Source: Flavobacteriales bacterium (GTDB lineage Bacteria; Bacteroidota; Bacteroidia; Palsa-965). From it: a stretch of DNA of 64,000 nt. The DNA is taken from assembly GCA_040377305.1 (NCBI GenBank), contig JBEIPA010000006.1, positions 166,770 to 230,769 of the forward strand, in the 5' to 3' direction. The notes below the pieces were generated by a model. That model did no database searches. It saw only the letters and a program-made list of their open reading frames with translations, and was not told the DNA's origin. Shown piece after piece: positions 1 to 9,282 of the stretch; position 1 is the stretch's first letter, and every line of letters begins with the position of its first letter. A program made the position numbers and the translations under genes.

Positions 1-176
1 CGAATCTTCTAAAGTGGTGACTGATACCGAAAGCCTTCAGCAAAGTAGAATTACTTTCTCACTCTGCCCTTGTCATTTCACAAACACCACATTCAATTGG
101 CATTAATCACTGGAATTGAATGATTCGTTCGCTGGTACATTTCTTGAATCCTCTCGACTAAGAAAACATACGAATT

Positions 177-566
177 ATGAAAACGAGATACATTGTGGGC
201 GCTTTGCTCTTTATCATTTCAGGGATTGCAGTAGCATGTGGTGGCGAGTCTTCCGATGCAACACCAACGGAACTTATTGCGGGCGAAGGAAGCAAAGAGT
301 GGAGGTTGAAGAGAGAACCCGGTTTGGAGAATCGCGCCACTCCGCTTGAAAAAAAAGAAGCTATGGTGTTTGATACGAATTACACTTTCGTTAGTACATC
401 GCTGAGTGAAACAAGATCCGGACACTGGAATTATGACGGCACGAACCTCACATTGCAATATCACGACAATGGAGAAATGCGCGTATTCGAAATGCTGGAA
501 CTTAAGGAGAACAAGATGCACTGGAAAGACGTGGCTGAAGCGGAATTCGTGCTTACAAGCGATTAG
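177..566 (+). CDS. Lipoprotein, probable lipocalin-like beta-barrel domain
   Basis: Lipobox-like signal (IAVA-C), then LIAG..KEW motif and SGHWNYDGTNLTL, resembling Bacteroidota lipocalin-like domains. Confidence 0.6.
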   Translation: MKTRYIVGALLFIISGIAVACGGESSDATPTELIAGEGSKEWRLKREPGLENRATPLEKKEAMVFDTNYTFVSTSLSETRSGHWNYDGTNLTLQYHDNGEMRVFEMLELKENKMHWKDVAEAEFVLTSD

Positions 567-567
567 T

Positions 568-1272
568 CTATTTGCTCAGAATAGTTTGCAGCAACGTATT
601 AATCTCTTCACCCCTCGTAAGTGTCATCATGTGCGAGCCACCCTCGATCACATAATCCGCTTTGATATTTCTGATGGGCAACGTGTGGTCATTTGTGCCG
701 TGAATGTGAATGATGCTCTTGTTCGGCTTGCTTCTCGCCCAATTCAAAATCAGGTTGACTGTACGTTTGTAGTACGTAGGAGATTTGCTGGCGAGCATGC
801 TGTTGAAAATCTCTGCGTGTAGTTCCCTGTCGGGTTCAACAATTGGTTGCAGGAAACGCGCTCCCGACTTCACCAGTTTTTCTGGAACGAGCTTATTGAG
901 CGGAATAATTCTCTGAAATCTGTACCGATGCGGTAATTCACTTCTGCATTTTGCACTGGAGATGATGATGATCTTATCGGGTTTCATGAAATCTGCAAGT
1001 TCCGAACAGATCATTCCTCCTAGTGAAACACCAATGAAAATGAAGCTTCCGGTTGTGTCGATTTGCGGACTGATTGCCTGCGCGTATTCTTTCATGCTTG
1101 CGCCCTCTTCTGGCGTGGGCAATGAAACGTGCACGACAGTGTAGTTCGTGTCTAACGAAATTTTCGAGAAGATCCGTTCGTCAGATCCTTCACCGGGAAA
1201 AAGATAAACCGTCGTTTTTGCCATAGCCGCACATCCAATCAGGAGAAAACAAAGTAAGAAGAGGTTCTTCAT
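568..1272 (-). CDS. Alpha/beta hydrolase with signal peptide
   Basis: GVSLGG nucleophile elbow, IHIHGTND (Asp) and GGSHMM (His) triad motifs. Confidence 0.85.
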   Translation of the reverse strand: MKNLFLLCFLLIGCAAMAKTTVYLFPGEGSDERIFSKISLDTNYTVVHVSLPTPEEGASMKEYAQAISPQIDTTGSFIFIGVSLGGMICSELADFMKPDKIIIISSAKCRSELPHRYRFQRIIPLNKLVPEKLVKSGARFLQPIVEPDRELHAEIFNSMLASKSPTYYKRTVNLILNWARSKPNKSIIHIHGTNDHTLPIRNIKADYVIEGGSHMMTLTRGEEINTLLQTILSK

Positions 1273-1281
1273 CTCTTCTTA

Positions 1282-1307
1282 GACGTAAGATGTGGCAATA
1301 GGTTGCA
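1282..1307 (-). promoter_or_regulatory. Putative ECF-sigma promoter TGCAAC-N16-CGTC
   Basis: Minus strand reads TGCAAC ctattgccacatctta CGTC, 9 nt before the hydrolase ATG; matches the sigmaW/sigmaE-type AAC..CGT consensus. Confidence 0.55.
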
Positions 1308-1315
1308 TCAAAAGC

Positions 1316-1356
1316 GAAATCCCGTCTCGTCAAAGTCTTGTCGAGATCGGGATTTC
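1316..1356 (-). terminator. Hairpin downstream of the OmpA/PorE-like gene
   Basis: gaaatcccg-tctcg...cgaga-tcgggatttc inverted repeat followed by gctttt on the minus strand. Confidence 0.5.
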
Positions 1357-1419
1357 ATACTTAAACAGAATGAGGAGTCTGCTCATGTTTCATTCTGCCA
1401 ACGTGCAGGGGAACGTACC

Positions 1420-4272
1420 TTACATCTTAATAATCTTAAACTCGGTTCTACGATTTTTCTGGTGCTCATCCTCAGGGCAAGTTGACTTCACTGCGCCTTC
1501 GCATGCACAACCGTTAACGAGCTGAGCTTCTCCATAACCCTTACCGTAGATGCGATCCGGATTTGTAATGCGCTTCTTGATGTATTCTGCGGATGCTTTC
1601 GCACGACGATCAGAAAGCGCCATGTTTGATGCAGCGCTTGAACGACAATCGGTGTGTGAACCCAACTCGACTACCATGTTCGGATTCTCATTCATCACCT
1701 TTACAATCTTGTCCAGCTCAATTGCAGCATCCGGGCGAATGATGGATTTACCAAGATCGAAGTAAATGGGTTTGATGTCGATGATCTTCGCAAGGTCCAA
1801 TCCAACCGCAATCTTGTCCATTGTTTCAGGAACAGGAATCTCACCTTCTTTTTCAATTGCCTGATTGACGGTGATTGTTTTCGCGAGATAACCCGGACGC
1901 TCAAATACAACATTGTAGCTGATGCGATCGCCAATCTTTTTATCAGCAATCGGATTTCTATATTCGCCGTAAGTCGTAGTAACCACGTTAGCTGTTTGTG
2001 TGCCCGTGATGTTGTCCGTGATTCTGATGTTCACACTGTCAAGCGGCAAACCACTCACTTTGTCTTTCACGCTAACGTACAGCGATAATCCCGGATCTTT
2101 TTCCAGATCAACATCACGCTTCAATTCTGTCTTGTCGCCGAAATCAACTGCATTCACTTTTGCGCTACCATCGAAGTATTTGTCCTTTGCGCCAACAATA
2201 GAATAATCCGTTCCCTGTTCAACAGTGAAGGAATAAGAACCATCGATTCCTGTTGTTACGGTTTCTACGACTTTTCCGGTTGCATCTTTCAAAGAAACTT
2301 CAACACCCGCGAGAATCACGTCAGCTCCTTTTTGCTTTGCAATTCCGATAACCTTATAGACAGGCTTCATCGGACGAGCTACGGTGATTGCATAAATGTC
2401 ATCGTCACCCTTTCCGCCTTCTCTGTTCGAACTGAAGTAACCTGCTTTATTTTCTCCGTCAAGTACCAATGAAAAATCATCGGAAGGACTGTTCAATGGC
2501 AATCCCGGATTGATCGATTTTCCGAAACTGCCTTTTCCATCAGCCGGTGAATAGAAAATATCAAGACCTCCCAATCCAAGATGTCCATCTGAAGCATAGT
2601 AGAGATTTCCGTCTTTGTCAACGAACGGAAACATTTCTTTCCCTTCTGTGTTTACGTTGCCGGCAAGATTTTCAGGTTGCCCCAATGATCCATCGCCATT
2701 CAGCGCAACACGCCAGATGTCTGTTTCGCCTTTTCCGCCGGGCATATCACTAGCGAAATACATCCAGGCACCATCTGCAGACAAACACGGATGTCCAACC
2801 GAAAACTCATCACTGTTGATCGAGAGATTTTCTTCCGTCCACGTTGTGCCGTTCCATTTCGCGCGGAATATTTTCAGGTTGTTGATGTCTTTAGAAGACT
2901 TGCCATACTTTCCGTTGAAGAAATTATTACGGGTGAAATACATCGTCTTTGCATCGGCACTGAAACAGGCAGGACCTTCATGATACTTTGTAGAAACACC
3001 AGCATGCAAAAGTGAAACACCGGTGAGCTGACCATTGACATCGCGATCTGCCTGATACATGTCGAGGAAAGGACTTCCATTGTAGCTGTGAAAATTTTGT
3101 TTTGAAACACGATACGGACGTGCTGACGCAAACACAACACGACTGCCATACCAGCACGCACCGAAATCAGATTTCTCGCTATTCACATCGAGTGACTTGA
3201 TGGAGAAATAAGGTTCCTGCGACTGAATCGCTTCGTGGAAATCCGGATTCTCTGTGTGCTCTTTCGCACGCGTGTCACTTCCCGACATCTGATAGAAGCG
3301 CGTCATCTGCTGATTGCTCTCTTCGTATTTACCGTTGCTGCGAAGTGCCTGTGCGTAATAGTAAACTACTTCCGCAGTAGGATTCGGACCTGTTGCGAGC
3401 TTGCCGTACCACTGCTCTGCTCTGCCCCAACGACCGGTAAGACGATAACAATCGCCAAGGTGTGCATTACCTCCACCTCCACCATTTGCAGGAGCTCCAC
3501 GTCCGTACCGTCCATTTAAAGCTCCATCATAGTCAGCTTGATAACCAACGATACCTTCGCCTTTCTCTGCTCCATCAGTATTAACTGTGCTGCGAAAGAC
3601 ATTAATTCCAAAGTCTGTACTGTTATCTATTGCTCCCCCGCGATACCCAATTCCGTTAGCAGTAATTGAACCGTCAACAATGGTGTTTCCGTTTACTTCA
3701 CAAACCACAACTCCGCCTGTTCCGGCAACATTTCCCCATGCACGACCAGTTAATGATCCTCCGGCGTTGATCGTTAAGGAACTCAAACGCGGAACACGGA
3801 TAACCTGCACTCGTTCGCGACCACCAACGTTGTAGGTATTTAAAAGACTACATCCGGAAGAAAGAGTTATCACGTTGCCTGCAATACTTCCTACTTCTAC
3901 AAACTCATAGACACCTACGTTGTTGTAGTTGGAAACAGTACCGTATGCTGCTGTGTTGGTAGTGTTAATGTCAGCACCCTGCATTTTTACGATCATCAAA
4001 AGATCACAGGGCGATAAAGCTGCAGTAGCGTACGGGTTATTTGACCCGCCAGCAATTGCACCCGACGCGAGATCAGCTATGTTCCCAACGGTGATAGTTG
4101 TCGCTCCAGCAACGGCAGATGCAGACAGTGTTGCATACCGGTTAAAAATGCGGTTAGCATTTGTAACTGTCTCGGCACCATCTTTACTTTTTTGCGCGTG
4201 GAGCGTGATTCCACCAACAATCAAAAAACTAAAGAGGGTCGCAATAATTCGTGTGAACGAAATTGATTTCAT
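1420..4272 (-). CDS. Fusion ORF: N-terminal Gly-rich adhesin-like domain joined to a PorE-like TPR-PD40-CarboxypepD_reg-OmpA_C protein
   Basis: Signal peptide; DLLMIVKMQGA/VQVIRVP/KGEGI/GAPANGGGGGN domain; TPR (YYYAQALRSNGKY); PD40 repeats (YHEGPACFS, VGHPCLS, EMFPF, GGKGDDDIY); OmpA C-terminus (IYFDLGK, ELGSHTD, NRRTEF). Confidence 0.8.
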   Translation of the reverse strand: MKSISFTRIIATLFSFLIVGGITLHAQKSKDGAETVTNANRIFNRYATLSASAVAGATTITVGNIADLASGAIAGGSNNPYATAALSPCDLLMIVKMQGADINTTNTAAYGTVSNYNNVGVYEFVEVGSIAGNVITLSSGCSLLNTYNVGGRERVQVIRVPRLSSLTINAGGSLTGRAWGNVAGTGGVVVCEVNGNTIVDGSITANGIGYRGGAIDNSTDFGINVFRSTVNTDGAEKGEGIVGYQADYDGALNGRYGRGAPANGGGGGNAHLGDCYRLTGRWGRAEQWYGKLATGPNPTAEVVYYYAQALRSNGKYEESNQQMTRFYQMSGSDTRAKEHTENPDFHEAIQSQEPYFSIKSLDVNSEKSDFGACWYGSRVVFASARPYRVSKQNFHSYNGSPFLDMYQADRDVNGQLTGVSLLHAGVSTKYHEGPACFSADAKTMYFTRNNFFNGKYGKSSKDINNLKIFRAKWNGTTWTEENLSINSDEFSVGHPCLSADGAWMYFASDMPGGKGETDIWRVALNGDGSLGQPENLAGNVNTEGKEMFPFVDKDGNLYYASDGHLGLGGLDIFYSPADGKGSFGKSINPGLPLNSPSDDFSLVLDGENKAGYFSSNREGGKGDDDIYAITVARPMKPVYKVIGIAKQKGADVILAGVEVSLKDATGKVVETVTTGIDGSYSFTVEQGTDYSIVGAKDKYFDGSAKVNAVDFGDKTELKRDVDLEKDPGLSLYVSVKDKVSGLPLDSVNIRITDNITGTQTANVVTTTYGEYRNPIADKKIGDRISYNVVFERPGYLAKTITVNQAIEKEGEIPVPETMDKIAVGLDLAKIIDIKPIYFDLGKSIIRPDAAIELDKIVKVMNENPNMVVELGSHTDCRSSAASNMALSDRRAKASAEYIKKRITNPDRIYGKGYGEAQLVNGCACEGAVKSTCPEDEHQKNRRTEFKIIKM

Positions 4273-4650
4273 AAAATTTCAATTAATGGGGTATGCGAAG
4301 GAAAATAGATTGTGATTGGTCTTTATAAATGACCGAAGTGAAGACATGATTGGTCGTGAAATCCCAACAGTGATGCAGGGAATCATCTGAGTACTTTGTC
4401 TATGAATAAAACTCATACTAGCACGCGGGGGTTAATTCGGCTTCTCCCTATTCATGGATCAAGCTGCAGAAACTGACTTTTGATTTTCAGTTGCGGATTG
4501 ATGAGAAATCGAAAAGAATTTGCCGCCGCGAAGGTATGGGATCAATGTCAGCAACTCAGAACGAGAGGCCGGACAAACATAAGACATGAATTAAATCATA
4601 TACTGATTATCAGAATATTGCACTTTTCGATAACCGGACAGACCTTGAGT

Positions 4651-5514
4651 TTACAAGGAGTTAATATGCCGCTCCAAACTCTCGGAAGAATCGAGTTCGA
4701 ACTTTTTGCGGATGCGGTAACGCTTTTTCTCAATTGCTGCAGGAGTAATATTGAGCAATGAGCTGATGTCTTTGGATGACATCCCTAAACGCAGTAACAA
4801 ACAGAATTTTTGCTCGGAGAGAGAAAACTCACCGCGATGTTGCGCCAGTAAATCGAGAAACACTTTATCGAAACGATTGAAACGCTGGAAAAATTCATCC
4901 CAGTACGCTTCACCTTCAATGATCTTATCAATATGATCGCCAGCAACTTCTTTTTCACCGGTGAGAATCAGATCCCGTACTTCTGCTAGCACTTCATTCT
5001 TTCGTGCAAGCTGAGCCAGATAACCACTCAATTCGCTGCGCAGATTTTCAATTTCATTCTGCAGAATCTGGCTTTTCATCGAAGCGTTTTCCTGCTCCAG
5101 TTGTAGGCGCGCACTGAATTCAACATTCAAACGCAATGCCGACTGAATTCGTGCTATTAACTCAATTGGTTCGGTAGGTTTGCGAACGAAATCTGTTGCA
5201 CCTTCTTCCAAGGCTTTAACGAGATTTCCTGTTGACGTCATTACGCCGGTATAAATAATTACCGGGATGAACTTTCCCTTTTCGCTGAGACGAATTTGCT
5301 TGAGTGTTTCGAGTCCGTCGAGTATGGGCATGTCCCAATCGAGCAGAACAGCATCAACGTTGCGCTTCTCGATGATCTCCATCACCTTGCTCCCGTCTGC
5401 TGCAGAAAGAACTTTGATTCCCTTTGCTAATCCCGACATGGTGCTAATCACCAGTTCGCGGTTGCCCGGATCATCATCCGCTACAAGAATTGTTTTGTTT
5501 TCAAAAACCTCCAT
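4651..5514 (-). CDS. Response regulator, REC plus C-terminal LuxR-type HTH
   Basis: VADDD, LLDWDMP and FVRKP receiver motifs; C-terminal LRLGMSSKDISSLLNITPAAIEKKRYRIRKK. Confidence 0.9.
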   Translation of the reverse strand: MEVFENKTILVADDDPGNRELVISTMSGLAKGIKVLSAADGSKVMEIIEKRNVDAVLLDWDMPILDGLETLKQIRLSEKGKFIPVIIYTGVMTSTGNLVKALEEGATDFVRKPTEPIELIARIQSALRLNVEFSARLQLEQENASMKSQILQNEIENLRSELSGYLAQLARKNEVLAEVRDLILTGEKEVAGDHIDKIIEGEAYWDEFFQRFNRFDKVFLDLLAQHRGEFSLSEQKFCLLLRLGMSSKDISSLLNITPAAIEKKRYRIRKKFELDSSESLERHINSL

Positions 5515-5515
5515 A

Positions 5516-7852
5516 CTATCTGCTTGCTGCCTCGATCAGCACTGCATATTTATTTTCATCTGCAAGATACACGGATTGCAGCAAATCTTTACGCCATTTA
5601 GTGATGTTTTCCGTCTCTCCAACTATTGGTCTCTCCACTACTGTTCTGATTTCAGTCGCATCAAATAATTCGTAGTCAGACAGCTTAACCAGCAGTTCTG
5701 ATAACAACTTTTTCTCAGCGACAGATAACGCACTTTCTATCTTCGGCAATTCAGTGTTGCCCGATATCACTTTCCCTTCTCCTGCATTCGGTAATGCCAC
5801 TGCAACGCGTGCGCCGCTACCCTTCACATTTTCTGCGGTAATTGTTCCTCCGAGCAATTCCACAAACTGCCGCACAAGCACGAGCCCAAGTCCACCCGCT
5901 TTCTTCGCAGTTGCAACTCCTTGTCGTTGACTCATGAGCACAGCCAACTCGGCTTCAGGAAATCCGTCTCCGTTATCTTCTACAACTAACATCAGCACAT
6001 TATCGTTATTCACACATGACACTTTGATTGTTCCTCCTGATGGCGTGTACTTCACCGCATTTGAAATCAGGTTGCGAAGTATAACCTGCAACAATGTTTT
6101 ATCGGTGTTCAGTCGTTCAACGCAAATGTCTTTTACAATCGTCATGTTCCTGCTCAGCGATTGTTCACGAAGCAAAAACAAAACCTCTTCGATCACGTCA
6201 TCAGCCGGAACTAATTCCTTGCGCACAACAATATTGTCTTTCTGAATACTAACCCACTGCATGAGATTGTCGAGTAACATAAACGCTTTGCGCGAAGCTT
6301 CATTAATCTGTTCAGCATTCTGTTCGACATTAATGAAGTTTCCATGCTTTGCGTTCTCACGAAGCAAATCAGACATTCCAATCAGAGAGTTGAACGGATT
6401 TCGCAAATCGTGACTGATTACGGAAAGGAACTGTTCCTTCGTTGCGTTAGCTGATTCAAGCTCGCGGTTGTACTTTTCAATCAGTGCGTTTTTCTTGCGT
6501 AACTGCAACACGGCCCAGACTGCTAATGCAACCAGCAGTAACAACGCAACTGCTACAATAATCAAACGCACACGTTTACGCTCCGACTGCACGGCTTCAA
6601 GATCCTGTTGCGCAATAGCGGCGCGTTGTTGTTCAATCTCTGCCTTATTTTGCAACTGTAGTACCCGCGAGGCAACTACCATCGTTTGCTCCTTACTACT
6701 ACTTGCCTGTATGGAATCACTGATCTTGTAATATTTCAGCTGATACTCCTGCATCTCGCTGGTTTGTCCTTGCCACTCGAACCAGTCAGCGTATAGTTGA
6801 TACAAAGTCATCAGCGACGATGGATTTTCCTGAGAAGTATACGCTTCAGATTTCTTCAGGTACTCCCACGATCTCGCAGCGCTTTTCTCCTTGATATAGT
6901 GACGGCACCACGCATTGTATAATCCCGGCAAACGGTTGTTGTATCCGGATTCGAGATAGATTTTTTCTCCCTTTCCGAAATAATATTCCGCACTGTCGTT
7001 TATACCTTGTGCAGAATAAATTATTCCCAACGCGGTATAAGCGCCCGAGAATTCCTGACGCAATGCAATGTGATCGGTGTGCTTGTCAACTCGTCCGCTT
7101 TCAATATCGCTGATGATTTGCCATAAGTAAATTCTCGCTGAATCATATTGCTCACTCCTTCGGAAAACAATCGACATCAGGTACATGCTTTCATGGGCGA
7201 GAATCGGATCTTTCAACTGAATTGCCCGCACGTTGTATGACCTGCGCAACCACTTCAACGCACTGTCAGCTGGACTTTGCAGGTTCATGTGCCTCTGCGC
7301 ATGGTTGTTGTAGATCGTACACAGACCCTGAAGAACTCCGTCTCTTTTGAAAATTTCCTCCGCGTGATTATAATTTTCGGTTGCTAACCCGAACATGCCA
7401 AAGCTGAAATACACGTTGCCAATGTCGAGATAAACGTAACCGTCGCTTTTATTGATTGCAGCCAATGCTTCCGCATACGATTCCAACTTGACCAACACGC
7501 TGTCGGCTTGTCCCAGTATCTCGTAAATCCCTGCTTTGTACCGATACTTTGCTTCATAAGCACGCACCGTGTCCTTCACTTGCATGAAAACATCGTGCAA
7601 CGTATCACACAACAACAACGCGCCTGCGGGATCTGAATATTTTACGGATTGCAGCAGCGTTCCTATTGCTCCTGCCTTATGATCGAGGTACTTTGCGTCG
7701 TTTTTATCGAGACTCGCGATTTCTTTTCGGATAGAATCGGCGATCGGCGTTTGTGCTTGTGCTTGCGAAGCGTGTCTAGTTGCTAAAAACACGGCCAGCG
7801 CCAACCAAAAGAGACATCTCGTTTTCACGTTGGCTGGGTTCGTTCTGATCAC
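5516..7852 (-). CDS. TPR-containing membrane sensor histidine kinase
   Basis: Signal peptide, TPR-like helices, one TM helix, H-box ISHDLRNPF, N-box NLISNAVKYT, DNGDG and GGLGL boxes; GTG start 4 nt after TAACTTTA. Confidence 0.9.
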   Translation of the reverse strand: MIRTNPANVKTRCLFWLALAVFLATRHASQAQAQTPIADSIRKEIASLDKNDAKYLDHKAGAIGTLLQSVKYSDPAGALLLCDTLHDVFMQVKDTVRAYEAKYRYKAGIYEILGQADSVLVKLESYAEALAAINKSDGYVYLDIGNVYFSFGMFGLATENYNHAEEIFKRDGVLQGLCTIYNNHAQRHMNLQSPADSALKWLRRSYNVRAIQLKDPILAHESMYLMSIVFRRSEQYDSARIYLWQIISDIESGRVDKHTDHIALRQEFSGAYTALGIIYSAQGINDSAEYYFGKGEKIYLESGYNNRLPGLYNAWCRHYIKEKSAARSWEYLKKSEAYTSQENPSSLMTLYQLYADWFEWQGQTSEMQEYQLKYYKISDSIQASSSKEQTMVVASRVLQLQNKAEIEQQRAAIAQQDLEAVQSERKRVRLIIVAVALLLLVALAVWAVLQLRKKNALIEKYNRELESANATKEQFLSVISHDLRNPFNSLIGMSDLLRENAKHGNFINVEQNAEQINEASRKAFMLLDNLMQWVSIQKDNIVVRKELVPADDVIEEVLFLLREQSLSRNMTIVKDICVERLNTDKTLLQVILRNLISNAVKYTPSGGTIKVSCVNNDNVLMLVVEDNGDGFPEAELAVLMSQRQGVATAKKAGGLGLVLVRQFVELLGGTITAENVKGSGARVAVALPNAGEGKVISGNTELPKIESALSVAEKKLLSELLVKLSDYELFDATEIRTVVERPIVGETENITKWRKDLLQSVYLADENKYAVLIEAASR

Positions 7853-7862
7853 GACTTAAAGT

Positions 7863-7972
7863 TAATAGGAAATAGACGACAGGTGATAGTTTCATCTGAT
7901 TTGGACAATGGAATGCGGGCTTTTTGACGCCACGAATTACTATTGACTATTTCCTATCGCCTATTTCCTATT
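7863..7972. repeat. Imperfect inverted repeat of ~7-nt units between divergent promoters
   Basis: aataggaaatagacgacaggtgatagt ... actattgactatttcctatcgcctatttcctatt. Confidence 0.55.
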
Positions 7973-7986
7973 TGCTATCTTTGAAA

Positions 7987-9210
7987 ATGCCCCGCTGTAT
8001 ACTCACTCTAATCGGAATGCTCACGTTCGCGCAACTATTTGCCGGCGGATTCCAGATTAATGCGCAAGGACAACGTCAGCTCGGAATGGGTCACACCGGA
8101 ACCGGACTATTGCACAACGATGCAACGTACTTATTCTTCAATCCGGGTGCAGGAATTTACATCGATCGTCGTGTTTCCATAACAGCAGGAGTTTCGTTCC
8201 TGAAACCACGCGTAGTTTATCTCGAACCTGCGCCGGGACAATACACTGCTGAAATGGTGCACAACACCGGAACTCCTTTTGAATTTTACGCTTCGTATCG
8301 TACCGGGAATTTTGCATTCGGTGTTGCTGCGTATACTCCGTTCGGAAGTCGCGCACAGTGGCCCGATGAATGGAAAGGTCAGTTTATGATTCGTGAAATC
8401 AATCTGAAAACCATTTGCATTCAGCCAACGGTTACTTATAAACTCGGTGATTACATTGGCATCGGTGCCGGATTTATTTACGCTACCGGTGGATTCACTT
8501 TGCGCAAAGGTGTTCCAACACAAAATCAGAATGAAGAAAACGGAGAAGGAACGCTCGATGGTTCTGCGAGTGGCGTTGGTTACAACGTTGGAATTTACTT
8601 CCGCGCGAATGAAGTATTCAGCGCCGGAATAAGTTATCGCTCGAGTATCAATGTGACGGTTGAGGAAGGAGCTGCAGACTTCAGAGTTCCATCTTCACTT
8701 GCAGAATATTTTCCGTCGACCACTTTCAACACGGCGATAAAGCTACCTGCAGTATTGAACGCCGGAGTTGGAATCAGCACCGGCAAGTGGAAATTTGCAG
8801 GTGACTTCAACTACGTTGCGTGGTCGAGCTACGATTCACTTCGGATTGATTTTGCAGACAACACAGATAAGCTGAAAGACATTTCATCTGCACGCATGTA
8901 TGAGAATTCATGGATTGCACGGGTTGGTGTGCAGTATCAGCCGGTTTCGCGTTTCTATTTTCGCTTGGGTGCATACTACGATAAATCGCCCGTGCAGGAC
9001 GGATATCTTACACCTGAAACTCCGGATGCAGATCGCATTGGAATCACAGCCGGAACAACTGTAGTACTTGGCGACAATCTTAATCTCGACTTATCATTTT
9101 TGTTTATAGAAGGAATGAAACGCACCGACACAAATCTTGAAACAGAATTCTCCGGAACGTACAAATCGCGATTGCTCGCGCCCGGTTTCGGAATCACTTA
9201 TCAGTTTTAA
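7987..9210 (+). CDS. fadL: FadL/OmpP1-family outer-membrane long-chain fatty acid transporter
   Basis: Mature N-terminus GGFQINAQG, FFNPG (NPA motif), YTPFG, PETPDADR and C-terminal YQF; start moved to ATG 7987 after a TATCTTTG box. Confidence 0.85.
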   Translation: MPRCILTLIGMLTFAQLFAGGFQINAQGQRQLGMGHTGTGLLHNDATYLFFNPGAGIYIDRRVSITAGVSFLKPRVVYLEPAPGQYTAEMVHNTGTPFEFYASYRTGNFAFGVAAYTPFGSRAQWPDEWKGQFMIREINLKTICIQPTVTYKLGDYIGIGAGFIYATGGFTLRKGVPTQNQNEENGEGTLDGSASGVGYNVGIYFRANEVFSAGISYRSSINVTVEEGAADFRVPSSLAEYFPSTTFNTAIKLPAVLNAGVGISTGKWKFAGDFNYVAWSSYDSLRIDFADNTDKLKDISSARMYENSWIARVGVQYQPVSRFYFRLGAYYDKSPVQDGYLTPETPDADRIGITAGTTVVLGDNLNLDLSFLFIEGMKRTDTNLETEFSGTYKSRLLAPGFGITYQF

Positions 9211-9282
9211 ACAGTAAGCACACGACCCACATGAAGAAATCGCTCTGCGATTCATGAATACAAAAATTGAAAACAAAATCCT

